Positions 26,678 through 34,303 of a DNA stretch of 64,000 nucleotides are shown in pieces. Position 1 is the first letter of the stretch; each line of letters starts with the position of its first letter. Position numbers and translations under genes: made by a program. The DNA comes from Bacillales bacterium UBA4855 (GTDB lineage Bacteria; Bacillota_I; Bacilli_A; RFN20; CAG-826), in contig DHEH01000004.1 of the NCBI GenBank assembly GCA_002399785.1, forward strand, positions 19,107 to 83,106, read 5' to 3'. The notes below the pieces were generated by a model. That model was given only the letters and a program-made list of their open reading frames with translations. It had not been told where the DNA came from and searched no databases.

Positions 26678-28249
26678 TTACCAAGTCAAAGCATCTTCAT
26701 AATCCAATAAACTTGGATCGAGAGGCTCAGCATGGAAGATATTTTGCATATATTGATTAAACGATGCTCTCATCGCTTTTCTTGAAACGGTACGTGGATC
26801 CATTAAGTCATGTGAAACCCAGACTAAATGAATGCCTCTTTTTCTTGCTTGTTCTTCGTATAGACCATGAAGTCCAGCAACGTTTTTACAAGAAACGTGA
26901 TCAAACATAATGACAATATCAGCTTTAAATTTCTCAGCCATTTTCCAACATTCATCAAGCGAATTGACGTATCCACCATTGGTGTGAGATCTCATCATCA
27001 TTCTTTCATAACTCTTAGCCATATCAATCATGGCTTGTTCTTTATCACCAATATGGAAGAAATGGTGTGAAAGCATACATTCCATATCAACAACACACTT
27101 AACGCCCCAACAATGTTGAGTCCAATAAGTGAAATTTGTATAGTAGTGAGCAGGACATGCCCAAACTATTGATCTATACTTTGGTTTATTAGCATCATTC
27201 TTTTTGTCTTGTAAATAGCCTTTTTGCATCATTTTATCGACTTTTATATCAGTTTTAATGAAGAATGGGTCTAAACAAGCAACTTCTTGATATTCATACT
27301 CACGTTGTAAAGCAAGAGCTGCTCCACAAACTTGTGGGTATGGAGTGCAATTTACATCCCATTTATTAATCATCATTTTGGTTGAGGTGTTATACATCTC
27401 GGCACCTTTCCAAAAAGCATCCCAATCCCATTTTGCATGCATCTCTTTTTCAATAAAAGCAATACATTTTTTAAGATTCTTAACCGCAAAATCTTGAACC
27501 TGTTCTTCATTAAATCTTTGTGGAGGAATAATTTGGAATGTTTCAACTCCATATTTTTCCATATATCGACCTAAGAAAGATGTTTGACCAATCGAACCAT
27601 CACAAGGCATAGAGCTAGTAACATAAGCTCTACCTACAATTGGATAATCATCAGTAACGGCACAACCGACTTCGGCTTCAGGTAATGGACAAACATCGCT
27701 TGCCATTCCAAAATGTTCAATAGCATCAATATAAAATACATTAGCATTTTGATCAACTTCACCTGGCTCACCAATTGTAAACATAGCAATATCGATCCAC
27801 TTAACTTTTGGGAAACCTGCCATAATGATTGATGGAGTCATTTCATCAAACATTAAGGTATTAGCTCTTAATTTGGCTGCGTGTTTACTTTTTGGTCTTA
27901 AATGTAAATCACGAACAATTATATCTCTAATCTTAACGACCGAATAATACATCAAAGAATAGAATTGTTCGTGTGTGTAACGAAGTTCTTTTCCTCTTAA
28001 TCCAAGTGTATGACGATCGACCATGTTAGCGGCTGTAAGGTAAGATGCCATCCAACGATATCTTAATAATGCTTTAACCATTAAAATTGGATGGACCGCA
28101 AGTTTTACAACCATCAACCCATATAATTTCAACCAGCGGAAATAATCGTACATGGTGTCACCAAATCCCTTCCGCTCACGATAAGTGAAAGCTCTTTTGT
28201 CACCTCTATAAAATCTTCCGAGGCCTTTTTTGTTTTTATTTGGTTCCAT
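26678..28249 (-). CDS. 2-hydroxyacyl-CoA-dehydratase / benzoyl-CoA-reductase-family subunit (large, divergent N-terminus)
   Basis: 523 aa of the HGD-D-type family, with conserved Cys contexts ('ASDVCPLPEAEVGC', 'SSMPCDGS') and a C-terminal 'IVIMFDHVSCKNVAG'. It shares a TAATG overlap with the upstream subunit. Confidence 0.7.
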   Translation of the reverse strand: MEPNKNKKGLGRFYRGDKRAFTYRERKGFGDTMYDYFRWLKLYGLMVVKLAVHPILMVKALLRYRWMASYLTAANMVDRHTLGLRGKELRYTHEQFYSLMYYSVVKIRDIIVRDLHLRPKSKHAAKLRANTLMFDEMTPSIIMAGFPKVKWIDIAMFTIGEPGEVDQNANVFYIDAIEHFGMASDVCPLPEAEVGCAVTDDYPIVGRAYVTSSMPCDGSIGQTSFLGRYMEKYGVETFQIIPPQRFNEEQVQDFAVKNLKKCIAFIEKEMHAKWDWDAFWKGAEMYNTSTKMMINKWDVNCTPYPQVCGAALALQREYEYQEVACLDPFFIKTDIKVDKMMQKGYLQDKKNDANKPKYRSIVWACPAHYYTNFTYWTQHCWGVKCVVDMECMLSHHFFHIGDKEQAMIDMAKSYERMMMRSHTNGGYVNSLDECWKMAEKFKADIVIMFDHVSCKNVAGLHGLYEEQARKRGIHLVWVSHDLMDPRTVSRKAMRASFNQYMQNIFHAEPLDPSLLDYEDALTW

Positions 28250-29466
28250 TATTTTGCCTCCTCATTTTTCTTAGCTCTTTGAGCTTTAATTTTCTTAATT
28301 TCAACATTTTCGACAAAAGCTTGAACTCTTGTACGAAGTTGTCCGCTATTTCCAGATCGATATGGTCTATCGATTGAAAGAGTAGGAATATGGTACTCAT
28401 CACGTAAAACGTGACTTGCTAATGTTCTTTCATATGACCAATAAGTACAGAATTTCATTTGTTCATATATTATTCCGTCTGCATTATATTCTTTTACAAG
28501 ATCGGCAGCATGTTGGAAACGATATTTAACTTTATGAGGAATACATTGTCTTGGGCATTCAGTTGTTTGAACGTAATTTCTAACAATTTGAGTTAAGATG
28601 TCTTCATCCTTATTTAATATAATCTCTTGTCTTCCAGGAACACTTCCATAGCAATAACGATCACAAACTACTCTAATTCCGTTTTCTTCAAATAATTTGA
28701 TTAAATCTGGATCATCAATTTCAGAACCAACAACCACCGCTTTAATTCTAAAATCTTTCTTCTTGTCAGGAACTCTAGTTTTAAGTTCTTCACAAGTTTC
28801 TTTAAGTTTTTCAATCATTAAATCTTTTGGACAAACATAACTTGCCAAAACAAAAATAGCAAATTCATAACCAGTAATGGTTGGATTATCAAGGTGACGA
28901 TATTGATCCATTTCTTTAAATAATCGGCAAATTTCATTATGTCTATTTACTGCATCAATAAGAGATGCATCGGAAATATCAATGTCGTATTTTTCATGTA
29001 ATTGAGTCAACACTTTTCTTGACACTTGCTCTTTTAAATGTGCAACTGCATCTTCATCATCAGTACAAGGAACATCAAGATTGGTATAGAAAAAATTCTT
29101 TTTTTCAGGAGAATTTACTTGAAGTAATTCCATATTTTCCATCGCTCTATTCATCGCTTCACATGCGTCAACACCAGCAATGGCGTCAAGGAAATGATAT
29201 CCACCTTCAAGACCTCTTTCTAATAGAGCTCGTGAATATTCACAGCTTCCACTCGACATATAGTAACTTGCCATTTCCATTGAACCAGTTCGTGGAGCTC
29301 TTAAACGAATCGAAAAACAACGGCCAAGATTTAAAAGTACCTCAGGCATATGGTAACAAGTGTAACCAAGAGCTAATCTTCCCTCTTTTTGCGCTTCTCT
29401 AACAAGTTCGTTATTAGCATCATCTAATAATTTTTCGAAATAAAATAAATGTTTTAAGTCCTTCAC
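28249..29466 (-). CDS. 2-hydroxyacyl-CoA-dehydratase / benzoyl-CoA-reductase-family subunit
   Basis: 405 aa. It uses a GTG start with a strong AAGGAGGA SD and a GTGA overlap with the cooC-like stop. 'LALGYTCYHMPEVL', 'SGSCEYSRALLE', 'DACEAM' and 'QMKFCTYWSYE' are typical of HgdB/BcrB-like subunits. Confidence 0.8.
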   Translation of the reverse strand: MKDLKHLFYFEKLLDDANNELVREAQKEGRLALGYTCYHMPEVLLNLGRCFSIRLRAPRTGSMEMASYYMSSGSCEYSRALLERGLEGGYHFLDAIAGVDACEAMNRAMENMELLQVNSPEKKNFFYTNLDVPCTDDEDAVAHLKEQVSRKVLTQLHEKYDIDISDASLIDAVNRHNEICRLFKEMDQYRHLDNPTITGYEFAIFVLASYVCPKDLMIEKLKETCEELKTRVPDKKKDFRIKAVVVGSEIDDPDLIKLFEENGIRVVCDRYCYGSVPGRQEIILNKDEDILTQIVRNYVQTTECPRQCIPHKVKYRFQHAADLVKEYNADGIIYEQMKFCTYWSYERTLASHVLRDEYHIPTLSIDRPYRSGNSGQLRTRVQAFVENVEIKKIKAQRAKKNEEAK

Positions 29467-30242
29467 TTGCTAATTCCTCCTTTTATATCTAAGTTTTTTA
29501 AAGCTTCGTCAACACCTTTAATTAATAAAGAATCATCATCTAAATCAAGGACGCTTTTGCCCATTACATCGGTTAAAGCTAGTTCTTTATCATCAGGAAT
29601 TTTTGCAAGAATTGGCAATTTACCTAGATTTAAATATTCATCAATTCGGGAATCATTATAACGATTAACAATGACACCAATTTTTGAATACATTGTTAAT
29701 TCATCAGCAACTTGCTTAATTACTTTAATAACATTAGTTCCTTTTCGACTTGGATCGGTAACTAATATTAAATGAGTAACTTTTTCCATAACACGACGAT
29801 TAATTTGTTCAATTCCAGCTTCTCCATCAATTACCACAAAATCAAATTCTTCGCTAACTGCCGAAATAACTTGTTTTAAATAGGAATTGATACTGCAATA
29901 ACATCCAGCAGCTTCAGGACGACCGACAGCTAAAAAAGCAAAACCTTGAGTCTCAATCATGGCATTCAAAAGTTGAAAACGAGCTTCTCCTAAAAGCTCA
30001 ATTGCTTTCTTTTTTGTTTTGTCTTCTTCCCCTGCTTCCGTAATTGATTTACGAATATCATCTATAGTTTGGCCAACATTAGTAATACCTAATGCAGTAG
30101 CTAAACCAATTGCAGGATCCGCATCTATTGCTAAGATCCTTTTGTTAGGAAACATCTTAACAAGTTCTCTAATAATCGCTGCGGAAATAGAGGTTTTACC
30201 AACCCCACCTTTTCCTGCTAAGGCTATAACTGTACTTTTCAT
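29463..30242 (-). CDS. CooC/AcsF-type MinD-family P-loop ATPase (Ni-insertion chaperone family)
   Basis: Deviant Walker A 'AGKGGVGKTS', 'ILAIDADP', the CXC metal motif 'AAGCYCSINSYL' (Cys114/Cys116) and 'VVIDGEAGIEQINRR'. It is co-linear with my recollection of Carboxydothermus CooC1 ('GGSQCYCRENSFL', 'MDMGAGIEHLTRG'). Confidence 0.75.
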   Translation of the reverse strand: MKSTVIALAGKGGVGKTSISAAIIRELVKMFPNKRILAIDADPAIGLATALGITNVGQTIDDIRKSITEAGEEDKTKKKAIELLGEARFQLLNAMIETQGFAFLAVGRPEAAGCYCSINSYLKQVISAVSEEFDFVVIDGEAGIEQINRRVMEKVTHLILVTDPSRKGTNVIKVIKQVADELTMYSKIGVIVNRYNDSRIDEYLNLGKLPILAKIPDDKELALTDVMGKSVLDLDDDSLLIKGVDEALKNLDIKGGISK

Positions 30243-30248
30243 AATATA

Positions 30249-30277
30249 ATTATGCTAAAAAAATAAATCGTATTCAA
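30249..30277 (-). promoter_or_regulatory. Candidate promoter of the cooC-like operon, positioned for a leaderless transcript
   Basis: On the minus strand: TTGAAT (30277-30272), a 17-nt spacer, CATAAT (30254-30249), then 6 nt to the ATG at 30242. There is no SD before the ATG. Confidence 0.4.
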
Positions 30278-30349
30278 TATATTTTATTCATCAAAAATGT
30301 CGCTTTGGTGGTCATTTTTTCATAAAAAGAGCCTAAAATATCGATGCTG

Positions 30350-30365
30350 TCAGTCATTTGACCGA
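30350..30365. promoter_or_regulatory. Imperfect copy (14/16) of the 16103 palindrome, upstream of the cooC-like operon
   Basis: TCAGTCATTTGACCGA versus TCGGTCAATTGACCGA. It is flanked by GTCAGT and CAGTATT direct repeats. Confidence 0.35.
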
Positions 30366-30523
30366 TAGTCAGTAAAAATTATCAGTATTCAGTATTTTTA
30401 ACTTTTTTTAAAATTATTATTTTACAAAAAATAAACACATTTCAATTCAATAAAATTTACTTATTAAGTAATATATTCTTTAATTTCGTATTTATAAATC
30501 TTCACTAGAATTTAACAACTAAA

Positions 30524-30547
30524 AAAGGCATTTTGGTAAATGCCTTT
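30524..30547 (-). terminator. Rho-independent terminator after PFOR (bidirectional shape)
   Basis: Stem AAAGGCATTT/AAATGCCTTT with a 4-nt loop, flanked by an A-run and a T-run, 26 nt past the PFOR stop. Confidence 0.65.
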
Positions 30548-30572
30548 TTATAGTTAATTGAATTAGTAAATT

Positions 30573-33500
30573 CTATAAACCAAATTTCTTAATTCTGTCC
30601 CATCTTTCCTTGGCGCACTTCTCGTTCTTTGCGAATAATTCTTCGTAATGAGCAGGATTGACCTTTGGAAGTTGAGCATATCTTGTTTCCTTCATAATGA
30701 AATCTCTGATCTTTGTAAAATCAGGTTCTTTGCAATCAATTGAAAGTCCTGGTTTGCCTTCAGCAACAAGACGTGGATCGTATCTAAATGTAGTAAAGTA
30801 GCCACATTCAACAGCGTTCTTTTCAGTTTCAATTGAGTTGACCATACCACCTTTAATACCTTGGTTAATACATGGAGAATAACAGATAATTAAGGATGGA
30901 CCATTGAATGATTCAGCTTCTTTGAAAGCCTTAATTGCAGCTGCTGGGTTAGCACCTAAAGCAACTTGAGCAACGTATACTGAACCATAAGCCATAGCCA
31001 TTAAAGCAAGATTCTTCTTGGCTTGTCTCTTTCCACTTGCAGTGAATTGAGCGATACTTCCGGTTTGACTTGATTTAGAAGATTGACCACCAGTATTGGA
31101 GTAAACTTCAGTATCAAGACACATAACATTGATATCATCTTCACTAGCTAAGACGTGATCAAGTCCGCCGTAACCAATATCGTAAGCCCAGCCATCTCCA
31201 CCAATAATCCAAACTGATTTATCAAGTAAATCGTTCTTGTAATCGAGAACTTTCTTGATTTCTCTATTTTTGCTGGCTTCAACACCTTTAAGTAATTCTG
31301 GAATAATCTTTCTAGCTTCATCTTTGTTTTTGATGTTTGCAAGATAATTTCTAATTAAATCTTTAAGTCCTGGTTCAAGTCTCTTAGTTAAGCATTCATT
31401 TAAGATAGAGGAAATTGCAGCTAATTTATAATCAGTAGCAAGTCTCATACCATAACCATATTCAGCGTTATCTTCGAATAAGGAGTTAGCCCATGCGATA
31501 CCATTACCTTTTTTGTCGTTAACAAATGGAGTTTCTGGGGTTGATCCACAATAAATTGAAGAACAACCAGTAGCATTAGCAACTAGCATATCTTTTCCGA
31601 ATAATTGTGATAATAATCTGTAGTAAGGGGTTTCTCCACAGCCAGCGCAAGCACCACTAATTTCCATGTAAGGCATTAAGAATCCAACACCTTTTACAGT
31701 TGTAAGTGGGAATTTATCAGTCTTATATTCAGTATGTTTGAATAAATATTCAGCATACTTTTCTTTATCAAATTGTGATTTAGCTTCAACAAGTTCAAGA
31801 GCAGTCTTACCGCTACCAGTTCTTAAAGCATTCTTGTTAGCCATACATTCTTTGACACAAAGTCCACAACCAACACAGTTCTTTGGTGAGATAGAAATAA
31901 TGAATTTAAGTCCATTAACAGTTGGTCCCATAGCTGGTTTTACCATATCGGCAAGTCCGGCTGGTCCCTTCTTAATTTCTTCATCAGTTAATAAGAATGG
32001 TCTAATTGTAGCGTGTGGACAAACAAATGAACATTGGTTACATTGAATACAGTTTTCTTGATGCCAAACTGGAACTCTATCAGCAACACTACGTTGTTCT
32101 TGATAAGTGACATCTTCTCTCATTGATCCATCAAGAAGTCCATCTTTTGTGAAGGCACTTGTTGGTAAATCATATCCATCAAGAGAATTGATAACATCGA
32201 CATAATTATCGATATATTCATCACCAGTTGAATTTCTAACTCTTAATGGAGGAAGATTAATCCACTCTGGATCAACTTTAACTTCTCTAAGACCTTCAGT
32301 TCCTTTATCGATAGCGACATAGTTAAGTTTAACAACTTCGTCACCTTTCTTGGAATATGTCTTTAAAGCAAGTTTTTTCATCCACTTATTGGCCTCTTCA
32401 TATGGCATAATTTGTGGATTTAAAGAGAAGAATGCTGATTGAAGAATAGTATTTGTATGTCTACCCATACCGATTTCAAGAGCAATCTTGTTAGCATCTA
32501 TAACATAGAATTTTATGTGTTTTTTAGCTAATTGATATTTGACTCTATTAGGAAGAACTTTGGCTAACATCTCATCACTCATATCTGTGTTGAGTAAGAA
32601 AGTTCCGTTCTCTTTAAGATTCTTTAACATATCGAATCTCATAACATAAGTATCAAGTGAACAACTTAAGAAATCAGCGTGATCAACATAATATGTAGAA
32701 TGAATTGGTTCTTTACCGAATCTAAGGTGAGATCTTGTGACACCACCTGATTTTTTGGAATCGTAAGCAAAATAAGCTTGTGCATATTGATGAGTTGCAT
32801 CACCAATAATCTTAATTGATGACTTATTAGCACCGACAGTTCCATCGCTTCCTAATCCGTAGAATAAGCAGCTAGTGTAACTATGTTTAATTTCATAATT
32901 TTCATCAACAGGAATACTTAAATGTGTGACATCATCGTTGATTCCGACTGTGAAATCGTGATGTTCGTTACCACTAAGCATCCAATCAAAGACGGATTTA
33001 ATATGTTTTGGTTGAGTATCTTTACTGCTTAAACCATATCTTCCACCAATGACATTAATCTTCTTTTTGCCCATAAAGTTAAGAGCACTGCAAACATCTT
33101 CATATAATCCTTCACCAACCGAACCAGATTCTTTAGTTCTATCTAAAACAACTAATTCTTTGCAAGTTCTTGGTAAAGCTTTAACTAAATATTCAGCACT
33201 AAACGGTCTATAAAGGTGGACTCTAATCATACCAACCTTTTCACCTTTAGCCATTAAATCAGTAACAACTTCATAAGCGGTTTCATTGACTGAACCCATA
33301 GCAACAATAACTTTAGTAGCATCTTTAGCACCATAATAAACAAATGGAGCATAATCTCTACCAGTCATTTTACTTACTTTCTTTAAATATTTGACAGCAA
33401 CAGGAAGAACATTGTTGAAGTGTTCATTTTGTGCTTCTCTACCTTGGAAGTAAATATCATCATTTTCAGCACCACCACGAGTAACAGCGTGTCCGTGTGG

Positions 33501-34136
33501 GTTTAAAGCGTTCTTTTTAAATTCAGCAACTTTATCCCATGGTACTAACTTCTTCCACTCTTCATCAGCAATGAATTCAACGTTTTGAATTTCGTGAGAA
33601 GTTCTAAAACCATCGAAATAGTGACAAACAGGGTACATTGCATCTAAAGCAATTAAGTGAGCAACTGATGATAAATCAGCAACTTCTTGAACAGAATCGC
33701 TGCATAACATCGCAATTCCGGTTTGTCTAATAGCAGCAACGTCTTGATGATCACCGAAAATTGATAATGATCTTGTTGCTAATGATCTAGCACTGACGTG
33801 CATGACGGCAGGTAATAATTCTCCACACCATTTATAGATGTTTGGAATCATAAGTAATAAACCTTGTGAAGCAGTATAAGTTGTTGCAAAAGCGCCACCT
33901 TGCATAGCTCCATGAAGTGCGCCACTTGCGCCTCCTTCAGATTGCATTTCGCAGACCTTTACAGGGTTACCAAAGAAATTTTTCTTTCCTTGAGCTGCAT
34001 AAATGTCGACGTAATTCGCCATAGGTGAGGATGGAGTAATAGGGAAAATAGCAGCGACTTCGGTGAAGTTATAACTCATCAAAGCAGCAGCAGTATTACC
34101 ATCAACACTAAGCATAGTCTTTTTGATTTCAGCCAT
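30573..34136 (-). CDS. nifJ: Pyruvate:ferredoxin (flavodoxin) oxidoreductase, single-polypeptide type
   Basis: About 1187 aa. I set the start at MAEIKKT (AAAGGAG SD). It has two ferredoxin-type motifs ('CIQCNQCSFVCPH', 'CVGCGLCVKEC') and the TPP motif 'GGDGWAYDIGYGGLDH'. Confidence 0.95.
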   Translation of the reverse strand: MAEIKKTMLSVDGNTAAALMSYNFTEVAAIFPITPSSPMANYVDIYAAQGKKNFFGNPVKVCEMQSEGGASGALHGAMQGGAFATTYTASQGLLLMIPNIYKWCGELLPAVMHVSARSLATRSLSIFGDHQDVAAIRQTGIAMLCSDSVQEVADLSSVAHLIALDAMYPVCHYFDGFRTSHEIQNVEFIADEEWKKLVPWDKVAEFKKNALNPHGHAVTRGGAENDDIYFQGREAQNEHFNNVLPVAVKYLKKVSKMTGRDYAPFVYYGAKDATKVIVAMGSVNETAYEVVTDLMAKGEKVGMIRVHLYRPFSAEYLVKALPRTCKELVVLDRTKESGSVGEGLYEDVCSALNFMGKKKINVIGGRYGLSSKDTQPKHIKSVFDWMLSGNEHHDFTVGINDDVTHLSIPVDENYEIKHSYTSCLFYGLGSDGTVGANKSSIKIIGDATHQYAQAYFAYDSKKSGGVTRSHLRFGKEPIHSTYYVDHADFLSCSLDTYVMRFDMLKNLKENGTFLLNTDMSDEMLAKVLPNRVKYQLAKKHIKFYVIDANKIALEIGMGRHTNTILQSAFFSLNPQIMPYEEANKWMKKLALKTYSKKGDEVVKLNYVAIDKGTEGLREVKVDPEWINLPPLRVRNSTGDEYIDNYVDVINSLDGYDLPTSAFTKDGLLDGSMREDVTYQEQRSVADRVPVWHQENCIQCNQCSFVCPHATIRPFLLTDEEIKKGPAGLADMVKPAMGPTVNGLKFIISISPKNCVGCGLCVKECMANKNALRTGSGKTALELVEAKSQFDKEKYAEYLFKHTEYKTDKFPLTTVKGVGFLMPYMEISGACAGCGETPYYRLLSQLFGKDMLVANATGCSSIYCGSTPETPFVNDKKGNGIAWANSLFEDNAEYGYGMRLATDYKLAAISSILNECLTKRLEPGLKDLIRNYLANIKNKDEARKIIPELLKGVEASKNREIKKVLDYKNDLLDKSVWIIGGDGWAYDIGYGGLDHVLASEDDINVMCLDTEVYSNTGGQSSKSSQTGSIAQFTASGKRQAKKNLALMAMAYGSVYVAQVALGANPAAAIKAFKEAESFNGPSLIICYSPCINQGIKGGMVNSIETEKNAVECGYFTTFRYDPRLVAEGKPGLSIDCKEPDFTKIRDFIMKETRYAQLPKVNPAHYEELFAKNEKCAKERWDRIKKFGL

Positions 34137-34166
34137 TGTTTTTATCTCCTTTAACAATACATAATA

Positions 34167-34194
34167 ATTATATTATTATAGTTTCAAATTTCAA
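34167..34194 (-). promoter_or_regulatory. Candidate PFOR promoter
   Basis: On the minus strand: TTGAAA (34194-34189), a 16-nt spacer, then TATAAT (34172-34167), about 30 nt upstream of the ATG. Confidence 0.4.
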
Positions 34195-34303
34195 TGCTTT
34201 TTTGCCAAAAAATTCATTATTTTTACTATCAAAATTAGGTAAAAAATAATGAATATGCATTTTTTGGCTAAAAATTTTAGTTAAAAATTCTAAAAATTGA
34301 CGA

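Noticed and set aside
22903-30242. Identity of the HAD-type operon with known pathways. Candidates considered were glutamate or aromatic amino-acid fermentation (Hgd / Fld / Had), lactyl-CoA dehydratase, benzoyl-CoA reductase, and the anaerobic plasmalogen synthase PlsAR.
   Set aside because: There is no CoA-transferase, acyl-CoA dehydrogenase/ETF or 2-hydroxyacid dehydrogenase in or beside the operon. BCR needs two ATPase subunits and four genes of a different size. As far as I recall, PlsA/PlsR are large multidomain fusions without CooC or ACS-like partners. None of these assignments can be supported from sequence alone, so the function is left open.
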